Source: Myxococcota bacterium (GTDB lineage: Bacteria > Myxococcota_A > UBA9160 > UBA4427). From it: 47,212 bases of DNA. Below are positions 1-8,456 of this stretch, piece after piece. The first letter of the stretch is position 1. Every line of letters begins with the position of its first letter. Position numbers and translations under genes: made by a program. Below the pieces are notes generated by a model, which had not been told where the DNA came from, made no database searches, and worked only from the letters and a program-made list of their open reading frames with translations. The stretch lies in assembly GCA_036336835.1 (NCBI GenBank), contig JAYZFK010000048.1, positions 1-47,212 of the forward strand, read 5' to 3'.

Positions 1-502
1 CGCTGACCCGCGCGGTCGGCGCGGCCGTGCTCGACGCGCCGAGTAGCCACGGCAGCCCCAGCACCGCGATCGCGAACCCGATCGTGCCCCAGACGCGAAC
101 GCGCCCGAGCCGGTGACTGCCGGGCTCGTCGAGCACTGCCATGCACACCGAGAGCGCGATCGGCCCGAACGCCGGAGCAAACAAGGCAAGCAGTGCGGTT
201 GCGAGCAGGAAGCCCGTGAAGCTCGACTGCGCGCCGATCGACAGGTAGCCGAGCGCACTCCCGAACGTGATCGCGGCGAGCGTGCGAGCGCGGCGACCGC
301 TGCGATCGGCGACACGTCCCCACACCAGGTGCCCGAGCGCGCCCAGCCCGGGCACCACCGCAAGCACCGCGCCCACCTGCGCGCCCGATAGGCCCGCATT
401 CTCGTTGAGGAACAGCGCGTAGTACGGCAGGTGGAACCCGAGGCCGCCGAGCCCGAACAACCACACCAGCGACAGCGTCAGTCGAGAGCGCAATGGGTGC
501 AC
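1..502 (-). CDS. MFS transporter (HcaT/MFS_1-like), 5' part; runs off window start
   Basis: Manual minus-strand translation from GTG at 502: VHPLRSRLTLSLVWLFGLGGLGFHLPYYALFLNENAGLSGAQVGAV...WGRVADRSGRR (MFS motif A)...GRVRVWGTIGF; not in the ORF track because it is truncated. Confidence 0.85.
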   Translation of the reverse strand, partial: MHPLRSRLTLSLVWLFGLGGLGFHLPYYALFLNENAGLSGAQVGAVLAVVPGLGALGHLVWGRVADRSGRRARTLAAITFGSALGYLSIGAQSSFTGFLLATALLALFAPAFGPIALSVCMAVLDEPGSHRLGRVRVWGTIGFAIAVLGLPWLLGASSTAAPTARVS

Positions 503-557
503 GTCGGGCGAGCCTATCGCAGCCCGTCCGCGTCACCGAGCTGATATCGTGCGCCGC

Positions 558-1856
558 ATGACCGATGCACCCGCTTCGCGGTACCCGGCCCGCAGGATCT
601 TCGTGCTGAGCACACTGGCCCTGTTCGCCGCCGGGCTCAGCTTCTCGCTCCGTGCAGGCATCATCGGGGCGATCGAGAGAGAGATTCTGATCGGGATCGA
701 CGCCGACCACGCGCGCGAGCTCGCGGGTGCGCTGCTCGGCGCCGCCTTCTCCGGCTTTGCCTTCACGCTGCTGCTCGGCAGCATCATCCTCGACCGGGTC
801 GGGATGGGCCGCACGCTCGTGCTCTGCAGCATCTGCTTCATCGGCGGCACCAGCCTGTCGATCGCCGCCCCCGAGCTCGCCGCGGGGGATGCGGTCTACC
901 GCCTGCTGCGCGCGGGCTTTCTGCTTTCGGGTCTGGGATGGGGCTTGATGGAAGCCGCCGTCAACCCGCTCACCGCGGCGCTGTACCCCGACGACAAGAC
1001 CAACCGACTCAACATCCTGCACGCCTGGTGGCCCGCCGGGCTGATGGTCGGCGGGCTCGCCGCCCTGGGGCTCGGCGCCCTGGGCATCGGCTGGCAGGGC
1101 CAGTTCGCGCTCGTGATCCTCCCGTCGCTGGCCTCGATCGCGCTGTGCATCGGCACCCCCTTTCCGCGCACCGAGCGGGCGGCCGCCGGGATCGGCTGGG
1201 GCGAGATGTTCGACGAGCTGCTGCGCCGCCCGATGTTCGTGGTGTGGTGGGTCTGCATGTTCCTGACGGCGGCGGCCGAGCTCGCGCCGGGACAGTGGAT
1301 CGATCTCACACTCACGCGCACGCTCGGCATGCGCGGCATCTGGCTGCTGATCTACGTGAGCGGGATGATGTTCGTGCTGCGCCACTTCGCCGGGCCGATC
1401 GCACACCGGGTCGCGCCGATCGGGATGCTGTGGGGCTCGGTGGCCATCGCCACCGTCGGTCTGGTGCTGCTCTCGCTCGCCAACTCGCCGGCCACCGGGC
1501 TGTTGGCGGCGACCGTCTGGGGCCTCGGTGTCTGCTTCCTGTGGCCCACGATGCTCGCCAATGTCTCGGAGCGCTATCCGCGCGGCGGCGAGCTCTTCAT
1601 CGGCCTGCTGGGCTTCGCCGGCGCCATGGCGATCCAGTTCGTTCTACCGGCGCTCGGCCGGATCTTCGACGATGCCCGACACGCGGCGGCCGGTGGGCCC
1701 GCGGCCCTCGCAGCGCTCTCGGGCGAGCCGCTCGAAGCCGTGCTGCGCTCGGCGTCGACCTCCTCGTTCCAGACGTTGGCGTGGTTTCCGGCGGTGCTGA
1801 TCGTCGGCTTCGGGGTCATCTGGCTGTACGACCGATCCCACCCCACACCCCGCTGA
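558..1856 (+). CDS. MFS transporter
   Basis: About 12 hydrophobic segments, ILDRVGMGR motif A, EAAVNPL and LHAWWPAG signatures; ATG 558 preferred over GTG 549. Confidence 0.9.
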   Translation: MTDAPASRYPARRIFVLSTLALFAAGLSFSLRAGIIGAIEREILIGIDADHARELAGALLGAAFSGFAFTLLLGSIILDRVGMGRTLVLCSICFIGGTSLSIAAPELAAGDAVYRLLRAGFLLSGLGWGLMEAAVNPLTAALYPDDKTNRLNILHAWWPAGLMVGGLAALGLGALGIGWQGQFALVILPSLASIALCIGTPFPRTERAAAGIGWGEMFDELLRRPMFVVWWVCMFLTAAAELAPGQWIDLTLTRTLGMRGIWLLIYVSGMMFVLRHFAGPIAHRVAPIGMLWGSVAIATVGLVLLSLANSPATGLLAATVWGLGVCFLWPTMLANVSERYPRGGELFIGLLGFAGAMAIQFVLPALGRIFDDARHAAAGGPAALAALSGEPLEAVLRSASTSSFQTLAWFPAVLIVGFGVIWLYDRSHPTPR

Positions 1857-1868
1857 GCCGAGCCATAT

Positions 1869-1934
1869 CGGCGACGGCGGGGCGACGGCGGGGCGACGGC
1901 CGGGCGGCGGCCCGGCGGCGGCCCGGCGACGGCG
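1869..1934. repeat. 6 x 11-bp GC-rich tandem repeat (SGGCGRCGGCS)
   Basis: cggcgacggcg gggcgacggcg gggcgacggcc gggcggcggcc cggcggcggcc cggcgacggcg, intergenic. Confidence 0.85.
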
Positions 1935-1974
1935 GATCCTCCCCCCCGGCTCCCCCCGGAGTAGACTCGACCCG

Positions 1975-4248
1975 ATGCAACGGTTGCTGCTGCTCGGTCT
2001 CGCGCTGGCCGTATGCAGCGCGACCGCGCCGGGCGGGAGCGCGGCCGCGCCCGACCCGGCTCCCGAGCGACCGCGCATCGGCCTGGTGCTCAGTGGCGGC
2101 GGCGCCCGAGGCGCCGCGCACATCGGTGTGATCCAGGTGCTCGAAGAGCTGCGCGTCCCGGTCGACGTCATCGCCGGCACGAGCATGGGCTCGATCATCG
2201 GAGGCCTGTACGCGCTCGGCCGCTCGCCCGAAGACATGAAGACCGCGATTTCACGCATCGACTGGATCGACGTCTTCCGCGATGACACGGGCCGCAAGGA
2301 CTTCTCGTTCCGCCGCAAGCAGGACGACTTCAGGTTCCTGACCAGCCTGCGGCTCGGCTTCAAGGACGGCAGCTTCTTCATCCCGGCCGGCCTGATCCAG
2401 GGCCAGAAGCTCGACTTCTGGCTCAATGCCCTCACCCTGACCCGGCACGGCTCGGGTCGCTTCGACGATCTGCGACTCCCCTTCAAGGCAGTCGCCACCG
2501 ACGTCGAGACAGGAGCGCCCGTCGTCATCGAGCACGGCGAGATCGCGACCGCGTTGCGCGCGAGCATGTCGATCCCGGGCGCCTTCGCCCCCGTGGACAT
2601 CGCAGGACGGCGGCTGGTCGACGGCGGCACCGCGAACAACCTGCCGGTCGACGTCGCGCAAGCCATGGGCGCCGACGTCATCATCGCGGTCGACATCGCG
2701 ACGCCGCTGCGCACTGCCGGCGAGCTCACGTCCGCGGTCGCGATCTCGGCCCAGATGATCGGCATTCCGATCCAGCAGAACCAGGCGATCCAGATCGAAC
2801 GGCTCGGCGAACGAGATGTCTTGCTGAAGCCCCAGCTGGGAACCCTGGGAACGGCCAGCTTCACGCGACTCGCCGAGGCGATCGAGATCGGCGCCGAGAA
2901 CGCGCGCGCCCACGCCGAGACACTGCGTGCGTTGTCGGTGTCCGAGAGCGAGTACCAGGCCTGGCGAAAGCAGCAGCGCCAGCCCGAGCCGCCGCTGCCG
3001 GTCATCGCGCAGATCTCGATCGAGAACGACACGGTGCTCGACGACGGCGTATTGCGAAGTCTGATCGACACCCGCCCGGGCGAGCAGCTCGATCTCAGCC
3101 GGCTCGCGAACGACCTCGGCCGAGTTCACGGCACCGACGCCTTCGATCTGGTGCGCTTCGACCTGACGGGCCCGGGCGGCACCGACCTGGTGATCCGCGC
3201 AGAGGGGCGTGCGCGCGGCACGCACCATCTGCGGCTCGGCATCACGCTGAATACCGACTTCGACGCGGACTCGAGCTTTACCATCGCGACCAACCACGTC
3301 GCCTATCCACTCGACGGGTACGGTCGCGAGTGGCGCAGCCACCTCAAGGTCGGCCACACGATCGGGCTCGGCAGCGAGATCTATCAGCCCCTCGACGTCG
3401 AGCAGCGGCTGTACTTGGTGCCGAGCCTGGAGTTCCTGCGCCAGAAGTTCGCGGTCTACGACGATCGGCCGCCGGCGAAGCGGCAGCAGATCGCCCGCTA
3501 CGACGAGAACCTGCTCACCCTCGGCTTCGAAGCCGGCATCAACCTGAGCAACATCGCCCGAGCGCAGGGCGGCATTGGCTGGGTCCTGGGCCAGATCGAG
3601 CTGGACACGGGAGATCGCGCGAGCCAGGGAATCGGCCTGCCGCTTCCACCGAACCAGCAGTCCTCCGGCGCCGCTGTGTTGTTCGAGCTCGACTACGACA
3701 CGCTCGACAACACGCATTTCCCCAACGACGGCAGCATCGGCAGCCTGTCGGGAATATTCCTCGAAGAGGCGCTGGGCTGGCAGGCGACCAACCGGCGGCT
3801 CGACCTGTCGTGGCGCAGCTTCCGCACCTGGCGACGCAACACGCTCGGTCTCGGTGTCAACTACGACACCCTGCTCGAGGACTCGACCGGCCCGACGTCG
3901 CAGTCGGTGTTCGAGCCGCGGCTGGGCGGCTTCAGCAACCTGGGCGGATTCCCGCGCGGTTCGATCCCCGGGGAGAAGACCGTGCTCGGTTGGCTGGCCG
4001 CCTATCGACGGGTTGCCTCTCCGGTCGTCTTCGCCTGGGACTTCCCGGTCTACGTCGGCAGCATCGTCGAGGTCGGAAGCGCCTGGGACGGCGAGCGCGA
4101 CGACATTCCCCCCGGCGTCGACCCGCTGCTCTGGTCGTTGACGGCCTTCGCCGGCGTCGAGACACCGCTCGGTCCCCTCTACGTGGCGTACGCCTACGGC
4201 GAGGGCGGCAGCCAGCAGGGCTACCTGGCTCTCGGGCAGGCCTTCTGA
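1975..4248 (+). CDS. Patatin-like phospholipase fused to POTRA-like and Omp85-type beta-barrel domains (PlpD / type Vd architecture)
   Basis: Signal peptide; GGGARG oxyanion motif, GTSMG nucleophile, DGG motif; C-terminal amphipathic strands ending YLALGQAF. Confidence 0.9.
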   Translation: MQRLLLLGLALAVCSATAPGGSAAAPDPAPERPRIGLVLSGGGARGAAHIGVIQVLEELRVPVDVIAGTSMGSIIGGLYALGRSPEDMKTAISRIDWIDVFRDDTGRKDFSFRRKQDDFRFLTSLRLGFKDGSFFIPAGLIQGQKLDFWLNALTLTRHGSGRFDDLRLPFKAVATDVETGAPVVIEHGEIATALRASMSIPGAFAPVDIAGRRLVDGGTANNLPVDVAQAMGADVIIAVDIATPLRTAGELTSAVAISAQMIGIPIQQNQAIQIERLGERDVLLKPQLGTLGTASFTRLAEAIEIGAENARAHAETLRALSVSESEYQAWRKQQRQPEPPLPVIAQISIENDTVLDDGVLRSLIDTRPGEQLDLSRLANDLGRVHGTDAFDLVRFDLTGPGGTDLVIRAEGRARGTHHLRLGITLNTDFDADSSFTIATNHVAYPLDGYGREWRSHLKVGHTIGLGSEIYQPLDVEQRLYLVPSLEFLRQKFAVYDDRPPAKRQQIARYDENLLTLGFEAGINLSNIARAQGGIGWVLGQIELDTGDRASQGIGLPLPPNQQSSGAAVLFELDYDTLDNTHFPNDGSIGSLSGIFLEEALGWQATNRRLDLSWRSFRTWRRNTLGLGVNYDTLLEDSTGPTSQSVFEPRLGGFSNLGGFPRGSIPGEKTVLGWLAAYRRVASPVVFAWDFPVYVGSIVEVGSAWDGERDDIPPGVDPLLWSLTAFAGVETPLGPLYVAYAYGEGGSQQGYLALGQAF

Positions 4249-4261
4249 GCCGGCTGGCCGC

Positions 4262-4819
4262 TCAGTCGAGAGGCTGGTAGACGGGATCGTCGGGGCCGCG
4301 CGAGCCGCGCAGGAAGTCGCCGCCGATCTCCCACCAGTGTTCGGGGGCGTCGACGCGCGTCCATTCGGTCGTCACCGTGCGCTTCGCAATCCGCCACTCG
4401 TCTTGGCGGCGTTCGAACCGATCGATGTAGCGGAAGCCGCTGACGAGATTGCGGTGCGGTTTCTGCGGGTCGCCCCGGTGGAACGCGATGCCATAGGTCT
4501 CGACGCGCGCGGCGTCGCCGCGCAGCTCGACCAGCAGGTTCCCGACGAAGTGCATCGTGTGGTCGTACTTCGCCAGCAGCGGCCACATCCAGTCCAGCAG
4601 CTCAGCGACGCCACCTTGAAAATTGCCGTGGTGGTCCTCGGCGTCGGCGTGGAAGCACGAGCGGACCAGCGCGCGATCCAGCCGATCCACGCCGCGGCAG
4701 TAGCGCAGCACCACCTCGCGGATCGCCTGCTTGTCGAGCAGCTCGGCCACGGCCACATCACGCATATCACGCGTATCGCGCGTATCATGCGTATCACGCG
4801 TATCGCGCGTATTCGCCAT
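4262..4819 (-). CDS. NTF2/SnoaL-like domain protein
   Basis: LLDKQAIREVVLRYCRGVDRLD...HFVGNLLVE...RYIDRFERRQDEWRIAKR; start ATG 4819 (alternative ATG 4765). Confidence 0.85.
   Translation of the reverse strand: MANTRDTRDTHDTRDTRDMRDVAVAELLDKQAIREVVLRYCRGVDRLDRALVRSCFHADAEDHHGNFQGGVAELLDWMWPLLAKYDHTMHFVGNLLVELRGDAARVETYGIAFHRGDPQKPHRNLVSGFRYIDRFERRQDEWRIAKRTVTTEWTRVDAPEHWWEIGGDFLRGSRGPDDPVYQPLD
4757..4810. repeat. 6 x 9-bp tandem repeat (ATCRYGCRT on + strand), encoding TRD/THD/MRD
   Basis: atcacgcat atcacgcgt atcgcgcgt atcatgcgt atcacgcgt atcgcgcgt. Confidence 0.9.
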
Positions 4820-4923
4820 CGCGATCCCCCGTCCCCACGAGCAAGGTGCAGGGCGCCACTGTACTGCACGGCCCCGCGCGATTGGGAGCCGGCCGGCGAC
4901 AGACCCGGCTCGAGCGCCGCTGG

Positions 4924-6957
4924 CTAGCGCTTCGACTCGAGGTAGTGACGGATCAGCGCGATCTCGTCGGCATCGACGTAGCGGCCCATGGCGGGCATCC
5001 CGCTGCCCGCGATTCCGTTGGCGACGATCGGATCGAAGGCGGCACCGAGCCGCCCGGACGCCTCGCGCAAATCGGGCAGCGCGCTGGCACTGACCGCACC
5101 ACTCCCGTGACAGCGCGCACACCAGGTGTGATACAGCCGCTCGCCGCTCGCCAGATCGCCGTCGCGCGTGATCAGCGCCTGGAACTCCTCGGGCGTCGGA
5201 GCCGACTGGGGAAGCTTCCAGGTCCACAGCGCACCGGGGCCCACCGCGACCCCGTGCGCCGCGGTTCCGCCGACCAGTGCGAAGGCACCGCCCCAGCCCG
5301 CCATCACGCTCACGTACTGGACGCCGTCGAGCTCGTAGGTGATCGGCGCCGCGATCACGCCAGTGCCGGTGTGCGTCATCCACAGCGGTCGGCCGGTGTC
5401 GGCGCGATAGGCGACGAAGCGCCCGTCCGCCGTCCCCTGGAACACGAGATTGCCCCCGGTCGCGAGTGTTCCGCCGTTCCAGGGCAGCCCGTGTGGCACG
5501 CGCCACGCCTCGCGCTGCGCCACCGGATCCCAGGCCAGCAGATGCCCCGACACGGCCTCCGGACCGAACGCCGAGAACACGTTCAGATCGGTTCCCAGGT
5601 TGAACTCGCCGTCCGTGACCTGGAAGGCGGGATCCTCGCGGTAGGCGCCGAGCACCTCCTGCGCCGGGATGTAGACGAGACCCGTCCCCGGGTGGAACGA
5701 CATCGGCTGCCAGTTGTGGCCGCCAAAGAAAGTTGGCTTGACGAACTGCAGCCCCGCGGCGAAGTCCTGACCGGCGCGCTCGACGGGCTTGCCGGTCGCG
5801 CGGTCGACGTGCGAGGCCCAGGTCACCTCGACATAGGGTTCGGCCGAGATCAGCTCTCCCGTGCGGCGATCGAGCAGGTAGAAGAAGCCGTTCTTCGGCG
5901 CCTGCATCAGCACCTTGCGGGTGCGTCCTTCGATCTCGAGATCGGCCAGCACGATGTGCTGAGTGGCGGTGAAGTCCCAGTTGTCGCCCGGGGTCGTCTG
6001 GTAGTGCCAGACCTGTCGGCCATCGCTCGGATCGAGCGCCAGGATCGACGACAGATACAGATTGTCACCGCCACCGGGGCTGCGCAGCCGGCGCACCCAG
6101 GGCGAGCCATTGCCCGTCCCGACGTACAGCAGGTCGAGCTCGGGGTCATAGGCCATCGAGTCCCACACCGTGCCGCCACCGCCGAGCGTCCACCACTCGC
6201 CGTTCCAGGTCTTTGCGGCGCGCTCGATGGCCTCGCTCTCGAAGCCGTCGCGCGGATTGCCCGGCACGGTGAAGGTGCGCCACAGCCGCTCGCCCGTGTC
6301 GGCGTCGTACGCCGAGAGGTAGCCGCGAACACCGAACTCGGCGCCGCCGTTGCCGATCACGACGCGACCCGCGAGCACCCGGGGCGCGCCGGTGATCGTG
6401 TAGGCCTTGCCGGTGTCGACCGTCTGCACGCTCCAGACGGGCGTGCCCGTCTTCGCGTCGAGCGCCACCAGTCGACCGTCGAGCGTTCCCAGGTAGACGC
6501 GCCCGCGGTAGACGGCCACACCGCGGTTCACGACGTCGCAGCACGCCTTCTGCCCGACCTCGCGCGGCACCTCCGGGTCCCAGCGCCAGAGCTCCTCACC
6601 GGTCCGGGCGTCGAGCGCGTAGACGACGCTCCAGGTGCCGGTCGCATACATCACACCGTCGACCACGAGAGGAGTCGCCTCGAGCCCGCGTTCGGTCCCG
6701 GTGTCGTAGCGCCATGCCAGCTGGAGCCCCGCCACGTTGGTCTCGTTCAACCCGGCGAGCGGCGAGTAGCGCTGCTCGGACCACGTCCTGCCGTGCGCGA
6801 TCCAGTCGCTCGCGACCTCGGGTGCGTTGCCGAGCCGGGCGTCGTCCACCGCTCCGCTGCGGGTCGCAGTGGGCTCGGCGCGCGCGACCGAGCCGACCGC
6901 GAGCAGCAGACTCAGTGCGATGACGGGGCGCAGACACGGGGCGAGGTGGGTGGGCAC
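4924..6957 (-). CDS. PQQ-dependent quinohemoprotein alcohol dehydrogenase (type II) with C-terminal cytochrome c
   Basis: Signal peptide; EATPLVVDGVMY; vicinal CC (ACCDVVNRG); GGGGTVWD; WDFTATQ; APKNGFFY; heme motif CARCH with downstream MPAM. Confidence 0.93.
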   Translation of the reverse strand: MPTHLAPCLRPVIALSLLLAVGSVARAEPTATRSGAVDDARLGNAPEVASDWIAHGRTWSEQRYSPLAGLNETNVAGLQLAWRYDTGTERGLEATPLVVDGVMYATGTWSVVYALDARTGEELWRWDPEVPREVGQKACCDVVNRGVAVYRGRVYLGTLDGRLVALDAKTGTPVWSVQTVDTGKAYTITGAPRVLAGRVVIGNGGAEFGVRGYLSAYDADTGERLWRTFTVPGNPRDGFESEAIERAAKTWNGEWWTLGGGGTVWDSMAYDPELDLLYVGTGNGSPWVRRLRSPGGGDNLYLSSILALDPSDGRQVWHYQTTPGDNWDFTATQHIVLADLEIEGRTRKVLMQAPKNGFFYLLDRRTGELISAEPYVEVTWASHVDRATGKPVERAGQDFAAGLQFVKPTFFGGHNWQPMSFHPGTGLVYIPAQEVLGAYREDPAFQVTDGEFNLGTDLNVFSAFGPEAVSGHLLAWDPVAQREAWRVPHGLPWNGGTLATGGNLVFQGTADGRFVAYRADTGRPLWMTHTGTGVIAAPITYELDGVQYVSVMAGWGGAFALVGGTAAHGVAVGPGALWTWKLPQSAPTPEEFQALITRDGDLASGERLYHTWCARCHGSGAVSASALPDLREASGRLGAAFDPIVANGIAGSGMPAMGRYVDADEIALIRHYLESKR

Positions 6958-7078
6958 GCGCGATCTCCTGTACTTCGTCGGCTGGGCGACCGCCTGAGCT
7001 TACGCGCCCCGCCCGACGAACGGGTAGACTCCGCTCCCACGGATCGACCCCTCGCACGCCGGAGCCGAGCCCACGACC

Positions 7079-8425
7079 GTGGACGCACCTTCGATCCTCG
7101 CCAACACCGTCGGCCTGCGATCGCCCGCGGTCCTGGCCGCCGTGCTGACGCTCGCGTGCGCGGCTCCCGAGCCGCCTCCGCCGGATCGCGTGCTCGTGGT
7201 CGGACTCGACGGCGCGACGAACAAGCTGATCGACGGGCTCGTCGAGGGCGGCGAGCTGCCGCACCTGGCCGCTCTCGCCCGCGAGGGCGTGCGCGCCGCC
7301 GTGCGCCCCGAGCGACCGATCTTGTCACCGCGAATCTGGACGACGTTTGCGACCGGTGTCGAGCCGCAACGACACGGCGTCCTCGACTGGGTGCGGCGCG
7401 GGCCGGGCGGCGGGCTCCAGCTGTACTCGAACCTGGATCGCCAGACGCCCGCCGTGTGGAACATCGCGAGCGCGGGCGGGCGAACGGTCGCTGTCGTCAA
7501 CTGGCTGATCACGCAGCCGCCCGACCGGGTGAACGGCGTGATGATCAGCGATCACGCGGTCCCCGGAATGACGGAGAGCCGCCTGCCGATGGCCCGCGAC
7601 ATCGCCAACCAGCGCTTCGGCCCGGGCGGCGACGAGGTCGTCGCCCCCGAGATCGCGATCGCCTACGCGCATCCCCCGGAGTGGGTGGAGCGAAGCCGTG
7701 CGATCCGCGCCGGCGAGCGCCCGGCCCTCACGCAGATCAGCAACCCGTTCACCGGCTCCGCCTGGCAGGGGCACCCGGTCTTCGACTTCCTGCGCGGCGT
7801 CTACCGCGACGACGAGCTCACGGTCTGGACCGCGCTCGAGGTCGAGGCCGCGCTGCACCCCGACCTGCTGATGGTCTACCTGCCGGGAGTCGATCGCGTC
7901 TCCCACCTGTTGTGGCAGGGAATCGAGATCCCCGCCGATCCGCCACCGGGCCTGACGGTGCATCCAGCGGCGCTGCGCGCCAGACACCGCCGCGCACTGA
8001 TCGACTACTACCGCTTCAGCGATGCCCTGCTCGGGCGTCTGATCGAAGGCTTCGGCGCAAACGACCTGGTGCTGGTGCTCTCGGATCACGGGTTCGAGGC
8101 GAGCTCGAGCCCGGTCACGATGCCGGGCATCCACGAGAGCGACGACGCGCGCGACGGAATCCTGTACGCGCGCGGTCCGGGGATCGCGGCCGGCTCGCGG
8201 GCCGGACCGATCGCCGACACCGACGTGCTGCCGACCCTGCTCGCTGCGCTCGGCCTGCCGCAGGCCGCGGATCTCCCCGGCTCGGTCGCTTCCTTCCTTC
8301 GCGTCGCGCGGCCGGAGGCGGTGGCGAGCTACGCGGATGTCGAGGTGGTGCGGGTCGAGTCGCGCGCCTCCGACGTCGACGACGAGATCCTCGAGAAGCT
8401 GCGCACCCTCGGCTACATCGACTAG
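7079..8425 (+). CDS. Alkaline phosphatase superfamily protein (nucleotide pyrophosphatase/phosphodiesterase-like), probable lipoprotein
   Basis: LTLAC lipobox-like site; VVGLDGA, SPRIWTTFATG..P..HG, DRVSH and LSDHGF metal motifs; C-terminal LRTLGYID. Confidence 0.85.
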   Translation: MDAPSILANTVGLRSPAVLAAVLTLACAAPEPPPPDRVLVVGLDGATNKLIDGLVEGGELPHLAALAREGVRAAVRPERPILSPRIWTTFATGVEPQRHGVLDWVRRGPGGGLQLYSNLDRQTPAVWNIASAGGRTVAVVNWLITQPPDRVNGVMISDHAVPGMTESRLPMARDIANQRFGPGGDEVVAPEIAIAYAHPPEWVERSRAIRAGERPALTQISNPFTGSAWQGHPVFDFLRGVYRDDELTVWTALEVEAALHPDLLMVYLPGVDRVSHLLWQGIEIPADPPPGLTVHPAALRARHRRALIDYYRFSDALLGRLIEGFGANDLVLVLSDHGFEASSSPVTMPGIHESDDARDGILYARGPGIAAGSRAGPIADTDVLPTLLAALGLPQAADLPGSVASFLRVARPEAVASYADVEVVRVESRASDVDDEILEKLRTLGYID

Positions 8426-8456
8426 CTCAACTCACTCAACTAGCTCAACTAGCTCG
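8421..8456. repeat. 4 x 9-bp tandem repeat (ACTAGCTCA) spanning the stop codons of two convergent genes
   Basis: actagctca actcactca actagctca actagctcg; + strand TAG at 8423-8425, - strand TAG at 8449-8451. Confidence 0.9.

Noticed and set aside
4924..6957. Possible lanthanide-dependent PQQ dehydrogenase
   Set aside because: The active-site motif is WDFTAT, lacking the second Asp (D-x-D) of XoxF/PedH; consistent with a Ca-dependent type II enzyme
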